From an uncultured Eubacteriales bacterium (GTDB lineage: Bacteria; Bacillota; Peptococcia; Peptococcales; SKKY01), in the NCBI GenBank assembly GCA_964622305.1, contig CAZUPR010000003.1, positions 1 through 52,905 on the forward strand: DNA of 52,905 nucleotides. The letters are read 5' to 3'. Shown piece after piece: positions 1 to 9,058 of the stretch. Within the stretch, counting starts at the first letter, position 1. Each line of letters begins with the position of its first letter. The notes under the pieces were generated by a model, which saw nothing but the letters and a program-made list of their open reading frames with translations, was not told the origin of the DNA and did no database searches. Both the position numbers and the translations under genes were made by a program.

Positions 1-34
1 TTTTAATCTTAATATTTAAAATTTAAATATTTGC

Positions 35-72
35 CAAAAAAGTGCTCCTGTGTTTTTACAGGGGCACTTTTC
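35..72 (-). terminator. Rho-independent terminator after cbiN (hairpin readable on both strands)
   Basis: Inverted repeat agtgctcctgt / acaggggcact (41-69). An A-run at 36-40 gives a U-run on the minus strand. It lies directly downstream of the cbiN stop at 99. Confidence 0.6.
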
Positions 73-98
73 TGTGTTTATCTTTATATATTTCTTAT

Positions 99-377
99 TT
101 ACTCTTTAGCCCTGCCTCTTCTTAGGCCAATATAATAGCCCAAGAAACCTGCTCCAAGGGCAGCCTGCAAGGCAAAGAGAAGACCTTCAGTTTCGCCTCC
201 TGGTGGTTCCCAGAAACTTTCAAACCAAGGTTCATAATCAGGATTAATTTCACCAATCATTTCCTCGGCCTCACCGTCAGCCCCTTCAAATTCTGAATCA
301 TTGATTATCATTAAAGGAACTATAGCCAATAAAACAACCAGAAGAAGTAAGATAATGTTAGTTGATCTTATATTCAT
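99..377 (-). CDS. cbiN: Cobalt ECF transporter small subunit CbiN
   Basis: 92 aa with an N-terminal TM helix, an acidic loop and a C-terminal TM ([15 protein letters not shown]). ATGA overlap with the cbiM stop. Sits in a cbiQ-O-M-N context. Confidence 0.8.
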   Translation of the reverse strand: MNIRSTNIILLLLVVLLAIVPLMIINDSEFEGADGEAEEMIGEINPDYEPWFESFWEPPGGETEGLLFALQAALGAGFLGYYIGLRRGRAKE

Positions 378-1144
378 TTCTTATTTCCAGCCCCCTTCTT
401 TAAAATATTTAAAGCAATTAATTCATCACTACTGTATTTTTTAAGGAAGTTAAAAATAACGACAGTCAAAAGACCTTCACTTATTGCTAATGGTATTTGA
501 GTTATTGCAAAAATTGATAAGAATTTTATTGCAGATGCTGTTACTCCGCCAACCTCTGCTGGAAAAGCCAAAGCTAATTGCAAGGATGTTGTAACATAGG
601 TCATAAGGTTACCCAAAGAAGCTGCTGCAAAAATTGCTATAGAGTCGGAAAGGCCCGCCTTTCTGGAAAGCTGGAAAACACCATAAGCTACAAAAGTACC
701 TACAATAGCCATTGAAAAAACATTGGCGCCCAGGGTTGTAATTCCTCCGTGGGCCAATAAAATAGCCTGGAAAAGAAGGACAATCATCCCCAAAACGCTC
801 ATGGCAGCCGGGCCAAAGAGAACTGCACCAAGGCCAGTGCCTGTTGGGTGTGAGCTGCTTCCTGTAACTGAAGGTATCTTTAAGGCAGATAAAACAAAAG
901 CAAAGGCTCCTGCTACCCCAAGAAGCATTTTAAGTTCAGGATTTTCTTTAAGTTTTGCTTTTATTGATAATAAACCTTTAATAATTACTGGCAGGGATAA
1001 AAGTGCCCAGAAAGCTGCCCATTTCATGGGTAAAAAACCTTCCATTATATGCATAGCCAGAGCATTTTCTGGAATAGCAAATAAGAGCAACATTGCCCAA
1101 AGGGCGTAAGTTTTCTTACTAGTCAATTTTAATTTCCTCCTCAA
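374..1144 (-). CDS. cbiM: Cobalt ECF transporter substrate-capture subunit CbiM
   Basis: Signal-like leader followed by the hallmark [10 protein letters not shown]-terminus; multi-TM protein. The start is ambiguous. The track ATG at 1144 is itself part of GAGGAGG, which would serve as an RBS for an in-frame TTG at 1126. Confidence 0.85.
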   Translation of the reverse strand: MRRKLKLTSKKTYALWAMLLLFAIPENALAMHIMEGFLPMKWAAFWALLSLPVIIKGLLSIKAKLKENPELKMLLGVAGAFAFVLSALKIPSVTGSSSHPTGTGLGAVLFGPAAMSVLGMIVLLFQAILLAHGGITTLGANVFSMAIVGTFVAYGVFQLSRKAGLSDSIAIFAAASLGNLMTYVTTSLQLALAFPAEVGGVTASAIKFLSIFAITQIPLAISEGLLTVVIFNFLKKYSSDELIALNILKKGAGNKK

Positions 1145-1964
1145 TTAGTGTCATCAGTTGATCCTTTTTTCTGGGTATATTTAATTTTTTCCAGGAAGGT
1201 AGAGAATCTGATATTTTATTAAAAACCTCCAGGACCCAGGGTTTAAAAAGGTTGGCTTTTTTTATAGCCTGATCATTTTTAAAAAGTTCAATTGTCTTGC
1301 CTTGAGCAATTATTTCTCCCTGGCTTAAAACGAAAATATAATCAGCCCAGGCATAAACCTCCTCCATATTATGGCTGGATATTATAATTGTCCTGCCTTT
1401 TTGGTTGAGTTCATCTAAAATTTCCATTATCTGTCTGGTAAATACAGGGTCAAGGCCAGCAGTTGGCTCATCCAAAACTATAATCTCTGGATTCATGGCT
1501 AAAACTCCGGCAATAGAAACCCGCTTTTTTTGCCCATAACTCAAAAAATGTGTGGCCTTATCTTTTAAATCCCAGGTTTCAGTCATTTTCATGGCTATTT
1601 CAATCTCTTCCCTGACCTTTTCTTCACTCCAAGCAAGGTTAACAGGGCCATATGATACATCCTGATAAACGCTGCCGGAGAAAAGTTGATTGTCTGGATC
1701 TTGAAAGACCATTCCCACACTTTTTTTTACTTCTTTAAGAAAAGCAGAGCTGTATTCCATCTCTTTCCCTTTTAGAATCACCCTCCCCTTATCTGGTTTG
1801 TATATCCCATTCAAGTGTAAAAACAAGGTGCTTTTGCCTGAACCATTATTACCAATAATGGCAACTTTTTTTCCAGCTGGAATTTTAAGAGATATATTTT
1901 TTAGGGCTTTGCTTCCATCCATATAAGAAAAATCAAGTTCTTGGATTTCTAAAATATAGTCCAA
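1119..1964 (-). CDS. cbiO: ECF transporter ATPase CbiO
   Basis: Walker [10 protein letters not shown], signature LSYGQKKR, Walker [16 protein letters not shown] start preceded by GAGGGAG. Confidence 0.85.
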   Translation of the reverse strand: MDYILEIQELDFSYMDGSKALKNISLKIPAGKKVAIIGNNGSGKSTLFLHLNGIYKPDKGRVILKGKEMEYSSAFLKEVKKSVGMVFQDPDNQLFSGSVYQDVSYGPVNLAWSEEKVREEIEIAMKMTETWDLKDKATHFLSYGQKKRVSIAGVLAMNPEIIVLDEPTAGLDPVFTRQIMEILDELNQKGRTIIISSHNMEEVYAWADYIFVLSQGEIIAQGKTIELFKNDQAIKKANLFKPWVLEVFNKISDSLPSWKKLNIPRKKDQLMTLIEEEIKID

Positions 1965-1983
1965 ATCTCTCCCTCTTTCTTTT

Positions 1984-2763
1984 TTAATAATTGAGTATAA
2001 GAGCTATCAAAATAAGTAAATCAATGGCAATAAATAAGAGTGCGTTTTTTTTGGTAAACTTATAGGGCGGGTTTAATACTTTTATAGTTCCTGCATAAGA
2101 TCTTGCATCCAAACTTTGAAAAAGGGCCTTGGATTTAAAGAAGGCCTTGGACCAAAGATTGGCAAAAAGCATACCAAAAGAATTTATAGATTTTTTAAAA
2201 CTGCTGTGACCATATCTAGATTCCTGGGCATAATAAATGTTCATTGCAGTATTTAAAAAAACAAAAATAAATCTGTAAATAATAACCATTAGCTCAATTA
2301 TTAAATCTGGAAGCTTGAATAGATGAAGAACATAGATTATTTCTACCATGGGGCTTGTAAGTGCCAGGAAATAGAGGCAGCTTAAAGCACTTAAAGAAAC
2401 TGTCATTGTTTGAAAGGCCAAAAGAAGAGATCCTCCTGTTACACCAAGCTTAAAGCCACCAATCTGCCAAAAGTAAAGATATTCTAATTCTTGATTGCTT
2501 ACCTGAACAGCAATTGTAGAAATACCAATAAAGAGAAAACCTAATGGCAGGCTCAGAAGTTTAAGAAGGACGACCGGCTTAATACCAGCCTTAAAAAGGA
2601 GTAAGAGAATGTTTGCAAGAAGAATCAGAGCATGGATTTTCCAGTCCCTGCTTACAAGAGCCAGAAGCATGGTGAAAAGAGCAAAAACAACTCTCTCCAG
2701 CGGATGACTCTCCCTTAATTTATTTGTATAAACAAATTGTTCAATATAAAGCAAAGCAAGCAA
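1984..2763 (-). CDS. cbiQ: ECF transporter transmembrane (T) component CbiQ
   Basis: 259-aa polytopic membrane protein directly upstream of cbiO with CbiQ-like length and topology. The start is a TTG at 2763 or 2754; there is no in-frame ATG downstream of the riboswitch terminator. Confidence 0.7.
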   Translation of the reverse strand: MLALLYIEQFVYTNKLRESHPLERVVFALFTMLLALVSRDWKIHALILLANILLLLFKAGIKPVVLLKLLSLPLGFLFIGISTIAVQVSNQELEYLYFWQIGGFKLGVTGGSLLLAFQTMTVSLSALSCLYFLALTSPMVEIIYVLHLFKLPDLIIELMVIIYRFIFVFLNTAMNIYYAQESRYGHSSFKKSINSFGMLFANLWSKAFFKSKALFQSLDARSYAGTIKVLNPPYKFTKKNALLFIAIDLLILIALILNY

Positions 2764-2778
2764 CCAACCTTTGTTCTA

Positions 2779-2812
2779 ATAAAAAAAAAGTCCCTTGTAA
2801 TACAAGAGACTT
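2779..2812 (-). terminator. Intrinsic terminator forming the expression platform of the cobalamin riboswitch
   Basis: On the minus strand, agtctcttgtattacaagggact is followed by a T9 run, about 15 nt before the cbiQ start. Confidence 0.7.
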
Positions 2813-2829
2813 TCCCATTTTAAGTCAGA

Positions 2830-3035
2830 TGAACGCATTCCTTGGCCCAGGGAATACATTGAACAATCATAAGGCAGGTCTCCTGGCTGGCGTGTCATTC
2901 TCCTCCCGGCCTTCCCAGAATTTCTTCCAGTGGCTAATCGGGTTTCGTCTCCGCTTACAGTGGTGGGTCCGCGCCGGTTTTAACCCGGTCTTCCCTATTC
3001 TCCTCAATTGAGGCACCTTTGACTTCATAATATTC
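2830..3035 (-). promoter_or_regulatory. Cobalamin (B12) riboswitch aptamer
   Basis: The minus strand reads ...aatagggaagaccgggttaaaaccggcgcggacccaccactgtaagcggagacgaaa...gccactggaaga...gggaaggccgggaggagaatgacacGCCAGCCAGGAGACCTGCC. The B12 box lies at 2873-2891. A TTGACA(3075-3070)-17 nt-TAGGAT(3052-3047) promoter lies upstream. Confidence 0.8.
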
Positions 3036-3124
3036 AATTACCATGAATCCTACACTCTATTCTATCTTTTGTCAATCCGTAGTATAATAGTATTGTTATA
3101 AAATTTATTAAGGGGGTGGCTTTA

Positions 3125-4348
3125 ATGAAAGTTGAGATTATCTCAGTAGGAAGTGAACTACTTTTGGGGGATATTTTAAATACTAATAGTCAGTATCTGG
3201 CCAGAAAAATGGCTGAACTGGGTTTCAATCTTCATTACCAAATAACTGTAGGAGATAATGAGGCAAGAATTTTAGATAGTTTAAAAGCCGCCTTTGAAAG
3301 ATCGGATATGGTTATAACTACAGGTGGACTTGGTCCCACAGATGATGATATGACCAAAGAAGTATGTGCCAAATACTTTGGCAGACAATTAAAATCAGAT
3401 CCTCTTGCCCTTGAAAAAATTGAGCAAAGTTTTAAAGACCGGAAAATTTCTATGCCGGCAAACAATAAAAAGCAGGCCCTCTACATAGACGGCAGCCAGA
3501 TTTTACCAAATGATTTTGGCTCTGCCATTGGTTCTTACCTGCAGGATCAGGATAAGCATCTGCTTATTTTACCTGGCCCTCCCTCTGAAATGATCCCTAT
3601 GTTTGAAAACCAGGCCCAGCCACTTTTAAAAAAATTACAAGATAAAACCATACACTCAAATTATATAAACCTTTTTGGTATTGGCGAATCTTCTGTAAAT
3701 GATATTATCAAAGATCTGCTTAGCCTTTCCAACCCTACTGTGGCCCCTTATGCTAAAAATCTATCTGTCAGACTTAGGGTTACAGCTGCATCTGAAACCG
3801 AAAATACTGCCCAGGTTGAAATTAATAAAATCAAAGAAGAAATCTACAAAAGGCTTGGAGATTATATTTTTGCCGAAGGCAATGTTTCCCTGGAGGAAAC
3901 TCTACAAAAAAAATTAGAAGAAAAGAAATTTACCCTGGCCATAGCAGAGTCCTGTACTGGGGGCCTTCTGGCAGCAAAAATGGTAGCCCTGCCTGGTATA
4001 TCCAAAACCTTTCTCCAAGGGCTTGTTGCTTATTCCAACTCAGCCAAGGTAAAGAGTTTAGGAGTTCCAGAAGATATTCTGATTAAGCATGGTGCTGTCA
4101 GCAAGGAAACTGCCCTTTACATGGCCAGAAATGTTGCCCTGATTAATAATGCCGACGTTGGTATTTCTACAACAGGCATAGCCGGCCCAGCAAGTGACAA
4201 GACTGAAAAACCGGTAGGTCTGGTCTATCTTGGCTTTTATGTAAATGGTAAAGAATACTGGCAGGAATTAAACCTTACTGGCGACAGAAACAGAATCAGA
4301 GAAATTACCAGCCTTTATGCTTTGGATTACCTTCGAAAAATACTATAA
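3125..4348 (+). CDS. cinA: CinA-family competence/damage-inducible protein (MoCF-binding domain plus PncC nicotinamide-nucleotide amidase domain)
   Basis: MKVEIISVGSELLLGDI..., GGLGPTDDD, and a C-terminal AESCTGGLLA motif. I prefer ATG 3125 (RBS aaggggg at 3111-3117) over the track GTG at 3116. Confidence 0.85.
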   Translation: MKVEIISVGSELLLGDILNTNSQYLARKMAELGFNLHYQITVGDNEARILDSLKAAFERSDMVITTGGLGPTDDDMTKEVCAKYFGRQLKSDPLALEKIEQSFKDRKISMPANNKKQALYIDGSQILPNDFGSAIGSYLQDQDKHLLILPGPPSEMIPMFENQAQPLLKKLQDKTIHSNYINLFGIGESSVNDIIKDLLSLSNPTVAPYAKNLSVRLRVTAASETENTAQVEINKIKEEIYKRLGDYIFAEGNVSLEETLQKKLEEKKFTLAIAESCTGGLLAAKMVALPGISKTFLQGLVAYSNSAKVKSLGVPEDILIKHGAVSKETALYMARNVALINNADVGISTTGIAGPASDKTEKPVGLVYLGFYVNGKEYWQELNLTGDRNRIREITSLYALDYLRKIL

Positions 4349-4350
4349 AA

Positions 4351-4385
4351 AATAAAACCCTGTCAGAAGACAGGGTTCTTTTTTT
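4351..4385. terminator. Bidirectional terminator between convergent cinA and livF
   Basis: Hairpin aaccctgtcagaagacagggtt (4356-4377) with an A-rich left flank and a T-run at 4378-4385. Confidence 0.7.
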
Positions 4386-4401
4386 GATTTTTATTTAAAT
4401 T

Positions 4402-5106
4402 TTAGCCACCTAAGTAAGCTTTTTGAATTTCATCACTTTGAGCCAAATCCTGGCCACTACCTTCCAAAACTATTCTGCCGGTTTCCAGCACATAGGCATA
4501 GTCAGCAATAGTCAGGGCCATTTTAGCGTTCTGTTCTACCAGTAAGATTGTTATACCGGCATCATTAAGATGTTTGATAATATCAAATATCTCCCTAATT
4601 AAGATAGGAGCCAGTCCCATAGATGGTTCATCTAAAAGAAGTACTTTTGGTCTGGCCATTAAGGCCCTGCCCATAGCCAGCATCTGTTGCTCGCCGCCAC
4701 TTAAGGTTCCAGAAATCTGTTTCTTTCTTTCTTCTAAGCGTGGAAATCTTTTAAAGACCATTTCTAAATCTTCTGCAATGCCTGCCTTATCTTTTCTTAA
4801 AAAAGCTCCTAATTCCAAGTTTTCTAAAACGGTCATGGGGGCAAAAATCCTTCTGCCCTCTGGAACTTGGATAATCCCTAAATTAACAAGTTTTTCAGGA
4901 GAAATTTTCAACAAATCCTGGTCATTAAAAGTTATAGAACCAGATTTTGGCCTGTTTAAACCTGAAATAGTTCTCAAAGTAGAGGTTTTTCCTGCACCAT
5001 TGGCACCTATTAAAGAAATTATTTTTCCTTCAGGAACTTGCAGGCTTACTCCTTTTAAGGCATGGATACCTTCATAATATAAATTTATATCTTTTAACTC
5101 TAACAT
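4402..5106 (-). CDS. livF: Branched-chain amino-acid ABC transporter ATPase LivF
   Basis: Walker A GANGAGKTS, LSGGEQQML, LLLDEPSMGLAP. ATG at 5106 lies 9 nt after GGGGAGG; the track extension to 5136 runs into livG. Confidence 0.85.
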   Translation of the reverse strand: MLELKDINLYYEGIHALKGVSLQVPEGKIISLIGANGAGKTSTLRTISGLNRPKSGSITFNDQDLLKISPEKLVNLGIIQVPEGRRIFAPMTVLENLELGAFLRKDKAGIAEDLEMVFKRFPRLEERKKQISGTLSGGEQQMLAMGRALMARPKVLLLDEPSMGLAPILIREIFDIIKHLNDAGITILLVEQNAKMALTIADYAYVLETGRIVLEGSGQDLAQSDEIQKAYLGG

Positions 5107-5107
5107 A

Positions 5108-5872
5108 TCAGGCATCCTCCCCAAGATAAGCTTCAATAACCCTCTGGTTTGACCTTATTTCTGCAGGAGTACCATTAGCTATAAGCATGCCATGGTCAAG
5201 GACATAAATTCTTTCGCAAACTCCCATAACAAGAGACATATCGTGCTCAATAAGAAGAATAGTCAGATCAAACTTTTCCCTGATCATTGCAATCAGTTCC
5301 ATAAGGTCCAAAGTTTCCTGCGGGTTCATACCAGCAGCCGGCTCATCTAAAAGCAATAGTTTTGGTTGAGCAGCCAAAGCTCTGGCAATCTCCAGCCTCC
5401 TTTGTTCACCATATGGCAAGTTCTTTGCTAATTCATCTTTCTTTTGATCAAGATTAAAGATTTTTAGAAACTCTATTGCCTTCTCTTCAGTTTCTTTTTC
5501 TTCGATAAAGAATTTTTTTAATCTTAACATGGCTGCTAAGACAGAATAATCTACGTGTGAGTGATAAGCAATGCGAACATTATCAAGAACTGTCAAATCT
5601 TTGAATAATCTTATATTTTGAAAGGTCCTTGCCATCCCTTTTTGGTTAATAAGGAAGGGTTTTACGCCAGCAATATTTTCGCCGTCAAAAAGAACCTCAC
5701 CACTTGTTGGTTCATAAACACCAGTTATAAGGTTAAAGGCTGTTGTTTTACCAGCTCCGTTAGGTCCTATTAAGCCAACAAGTTCACCATGATCGATATA
5801 CATATCAAATTTGCTTACGGCAGCAAGGCCACCAAAAAGCTTAACTAATTTATTTATTTCCAGAATTTTCAT
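5108..5872 (-). CDS. livG: Branched-chain amino-acid ABC transporter ATPase LivG
   Basis: Walker A GPNGAGKTT, LPYGEQRRLEIARAL, LLLDEPAAGMNP. ATGA overlap with livM. Confidence 0.85.
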   Translation of the reverse strand: MKILEINKLVKLFGGLAAVSKFDMYIDHGELVGLIGPNGAGKTTAFNLITGVYEPTSGEVLFDGENIAGVKPFLINQKGMARTFQNIRLFKDLTVLDNVRIAYHSHVDYSVLAAMLRLKKFFIEEKETEEKAIEFLKIFNLDQKKDELAKNLPYGEQRRLEIARALAAQPKLLLLDEPAAGMNPQETLDLMELIAMIREKFDLTILLIEHDMSLVMGVCERIYVLDHGMLIANGTPAEIRSNQRVIEAYLGEDA

Positions 5873-6807
5873 TTATCTTTACCCTCCTTTTTATTAAGAA
5901 AAGAGAGTCTTAATTCTTTATTACCCATAAGTCCTGAAGGTTTAAAGAGCATTACAGCAATCAAAACAACAGAATAGGCAATCATCCTGACAGCCCCAAA
6001 CTCTTGTAAAAGAGCTGAAATTATAGTCAGACCTGCAGCTGCCATAATTGAACCTGTGATAGATCCAAGGCCTCCTAGAACAGCCATAACTAAATAGTCA
6101 ATAGATTTTAGGAAGCCAAAAGTTGCAGGAGAAATTATAAAGAAATAGTGAGCATACAGGGCACCAGCTGTGCCGGCAAAAAAGGCAGCAATGGCAAAGG
6201 TCATAACCTTATATTTCGTAAGATTAATCCCCATTGTTTCAGCTGCAATTTCATCTTCTCTTATGGAAAGAACAGCCCTTCCATGGCTTGATTTAATATA
6301 ATTTCTGATTAAAAGAACAACAAATAATGTTATAAAGAATAAAAGAGGCCAGGTTGTATATCTGGGGATACCAGAAAGACCACGGGCTCCACCAACATAA
6401 TCCATATTTACAAATATAATTCTAACAATCTCACCAAAACCTAAGGTTGCTATGGCCAGGTAGTCACCACCCAAACGAAGAATTGGGTAGCCAACAAGAA
6501 GGCCAACCAGACCTGCGGCTAAACTACCAGCTAAAACTGCTGGCAGGAAAGGCAAGTCCATCCTAGTTGTCATAGCAGCAGAAACGTAAGCCCCAACTGC
6601 CATAAAACCGGCATGTCCTAAATGTAATTGTCCTAAAAATCCTGTAACCAGGTTTAAAGAAACAGCCATTATTATATTTATACAAAGAAGATATATATTT
6701 AGCTGATAATAAGAAGTTATCAGCTTGGCTGACATAAGCACTTGAACAATGATAAAAAAGATGAAAGCCAGGGATAAATTAAAAATTAATTGTTTGTCTA
6801 TTTTCAC
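5869..6807 (-). CDS. livM: Branched-chain amino-acid ABC permease LivM
   Basis: Polytopic protein with a GQLHLGHAGFMAVGAY motif typical of LivM-type permeases. Confidence 0.8.
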   Translation of the reverse strand: MKIDKQLIFNLSLAFIFFIIVQVLMSAKLITSYYQLNIYLLCINIIMAVSLNLVTGFLGQLHLGHAGFMAVGAYVSAAMTTRMDLPFLPAVLAGSLAAGLVGLLVGYPILRLGGDYLAIATLGFGEIVRIIFVNMDYVGGARGLSGIPRYTTWPLLFFITLFVVLLIRNYIKSSHGRAVLSIREDEIAAETMGINLTKYKVMTFAIAAFFAGTAGALYAHYFFIISPATFGFLKSIDYLVMAVLGGLGSITGSIMAAAGLTIISALLQEFGAVRMIAYSVVLIAVMLFKPSGLMGNKELRLSFLNKKEGKDK

Positions 6808-6810
6808 AAT

Positions 6811-7695
6811 TTACACCTTCTCTTTCACGTTTTTGCCAAAGATTCCTGTAGGCCTGATTATCAATATAATAATCAGGATAAAAAATGCCACGGCATCCCT
6901 GTAAAGAGAGTTACCATATCCACTAACCATAGCTTCTATCAAGCCCAAAATTATTCCACCAGTAAAGGCTCCGGGGATAATGCCAATTCCTCCTAAAACC
7001 GCCGCAACGAAGGCTTTTAGGCCCGGCATTACACCCATTAAAGGAGAAATAGAACTGTAATAAACCCCTACCATAACTCCAGCTGCTCCAGCCAAGGAAG
7101 AACCTATAGCAAAAGTAGTTGAAATTGTCCTGTTAATATTAATTCCCATAAGAATAGCAGCGTCCTTATCAAAGGCAACTGCTCTCATAGCTTTTCCAGT
7201 TTTAGTAAAATGAACAATGTATTGTAAAAGCAACATAAGTAAAATTGTAACTATCATTATAGTCAGCTGTTGATGACTTATGTAGGCCTTAGTCCCGAAA
7301 AGAGTAATCTTACCTTTAGACAATATTTTTGGAAAAACCCTGGGTTCTGGTCTTAAGAAAAACACACTAGTGTATTGAAGAAAAAAAGATACCCCAATAG
7401 CTGTTATTAAAGCTGCTATTCTGGTTGAATTTCTAAGTGGTTTATAAGCTATTTTTTCAATAGTTACTCCCAAGAGAGCGCAGCCAATCATAGCAATTAA
7501 CATGGCTGGAATAAAACCAACACCAAGAATGGTAATGGCAAAAAAGCCAATGTATCCACCTATCATGTAGATTTCACCATGGGCAAAATTTATCAATTTA
7601 ATAATTCCATAAACCATAGTGTAGCCCAAGGCAATTAAAGCATAAATGCTCCCTAAAGATAAGCCATTTACTACTTGCTGTAAGAAAACTTCCAT
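6811..7695 (-). CDS. livH: Branched-chain amino-acid ABC permease LivH
   Basis: MEVFLQQVVNGLSLGSIYALIALGYTMVYG N-terminus. I prefer ATG 7695 because the track start at 7740 would run through the livJ hairpin. Confidence 0.8.
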   Translation of the reverse strand: MEVFLQQVVNGLSLGSIYALIALGYTMVYGIIKLINFAHGEIYMIGGYIGFFAITILGVGFIPAMLIAMIGCALLGVTIEKIAYKPLRNSTRIAALITAIGVSFFLQYTSVFFLRPEPRVFPKILSKGKITLFGTKAYISHQQLTIMIVTILLMLLLQYIVHFTKTGKAMRAVAFDKDAAILMGININRTISTTFAIGSSLAGAAGVMVGVYYSSISPLMGVMPGLKAFVAAVLGGIGIIPGAFTGGIILGLIEAMVSGYGNSLYRDAVAFFILIIILIIRPTGIFGKNVKEKV

Positions 7696-7724
7696 ACAGA
7701 TACCATTCCTTTCGGAAAAATCAT

Positions 7725-7753
7725 AAAAAAAGGAGGGCACTTGTAGTCCCTCC
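7725..7753 (-). terminator. Intra-operon hairpin / partial terminator between livJ and livH
   Basis: On the minus strand, ggagggactacaagtgccctcc is followed by a T6 run (hairpin at 7732-7753). Confidence 0.45.
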
Positions 7754-7786
7754 TTTAAAATTTCAAGAATTTTGCATAATCAATGC

Positions 7787-8983
7787 TTATTTGGGATCAA
7801 TTGTTGCTACGTAGATTTGCTCACCAGCTTCGTTGTATCCAAGGATAACAGCTGATTTGATTGGGTTGTGTTGAGCGTCAAGAACGATTGTTCCTGTAAC
7901 TCCTTCAACGCCTTCAAGTTTTTCAAGAGCGTCTTTAATAGCTGCTCCATTTGTACCATCAGCAATTTCAATAGCTGCAGCTATCAAGTATGCAGTGTCA
8001 TAACCAAGAGCTGCAAATGATGGTGGCTCAGTACCAAATTTAGCTGTGTAGTTAGCAACAAAGTCAATTACTTTTGGACTTGTGCTTTCTGGTGAATAGT
8101 GGTTAGTAAAGAATGCATTTTCAAGGTTTTCAGGTGTGTTAACTTCTGCAAGTTTTACACCATCCCAGCCATCTGTACCAAGAAGTACGCCAGTGTAACC
8201 TAGTTCTCTAGCTTGGTCGATAATAAGAGAAACTTGCTCTTCGTAAGCTGGGATAAAGATTACTTCTGGGTTTTTGCTGATAATTTTAGTTAAAGTTGAT
8301 TTGAAGTCTTTGTCTTCAACAACAAAACCTTCAACACTAACGATTGATCCACCCATAGCTTCAAATGTTTGTCTGAAGGAAGCTTCAAGACCTTTTGAAT
8401 AGTCACTGTTGTTGTCAACATAGATAGAAGCTTTTGTTAAGCCCAGGTTATCTGCTGCGTATTGAGCTGCAACCTGACCTTGGAATGGGTCGATGAAGCA
8501 AGTTCTGAACATGAATGGACGTGTGTTGCCATTCTTTGGATCAACTGTTACATCAAGAGCTGTACCAGTTGGCGAAATTACAGGAACTTCAAATTCTTCT
8601 GAAACAGGAACTGTAGCAATCGCATTTGTTGAAGTAACAGGTCCTACGATTACTGATACTTTATCTTGTGATGCAAGCTTGGTTGAAATGTTAAGAGCTT
8701 CAGCACTGTCAGATCTGTTGTCATACTTGATAAGCTCAAGCTTCATGCCTTTAACTCCACCAGCAGCGTTAATTTCTTCAACAGCAAGTTCCATTGCGTT
8801 TGCAGCAGTAATACCATACTGTGCAACGTTTCCTGACAATTCAGCGTTTAGGCCAATCTTAATAGTTTCAGCCTTGTCACCGTTGTCTCCAGCGGATGGT
8901 TTGTTACCACCGCCACAGCCAGCAACCATAGTGATAGCAAATAACACTAAAATGAGGCCAGCTATGATTTTTTTACTCTTCAT
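7787..8983 (-). CDS. livJ: Branched-chain amino-acid ABC substrate-binding lipoprotein (LivJ/LivK family)
   Basis: Signal peptide with lipobox MVAGCGG. Type-1 periplasmic-binding-fold length. Heads the livHMGF genes. Confidence 0.8.
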   Translation of the reverse strand: MKSKKIIAGLILVLFAITMVAGCGGGNKPSAGDNGDKAETIKIGLNAELSGNVAQYGITAANAMELAVEEINAAGGVKGMKLELIKYDNRSDSAEALNISTKLASQDKVSVIVGPVTSTNAIATVPVSEEFEVPVISPTGTALDVTVDPKNGNTRPFMFRTCFIDPFQGQVAAQYAADNLGLTKASIYVDNNSDYSKGLEASFRQTFEAMGGSIVSVEGFVVEDKDFKSTLTKIISKNPEVIFIPAYEEQVSLIIDQARELGYTGVLLGTDGWDGVKLAEVNTPENLENAFFTNHYSPESTSPKVIDFVANYTAKFGTEPPSFAALGYDTAYLIAAAIEIADGTNGAAIKDALEKLEGVEGVTGTIVLDAQHNPIKSAVILGYNEAGEQIYVATIDPK

Positions 8984-9058
8984 AAAAATATTTCCTCCCC
9001 TTTTTCTGTTTTATAATACTTGTTATATATCTCAATTATCATATAACAATCAGCTCTT

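Noticed and set aside
723-1109. 128-aa ORF on the + strand inside cbiM
   Set aside because: It is antisense to a well-supported membrane-protein gene. The composition is Pro/Arg/Ala/Lys-rich and biased, and there is no RBS. This is a typical shadow ORF.
2724-3011. 95-aa + strand ORF across the cbiQ upstream region
   Set aside because: The region is explained by the cobalamin riboswitch and its terminator on the minus strand. There is no RBS and the translation is implausible.
4574-5077. 167-aa + strand ORF inside livF
   Set aside because: It is antisense to an ABC ATPase with intact Walker motifs, and its composition is Ser/Lys/Pro/Ile-biased and implausible for a real protein.
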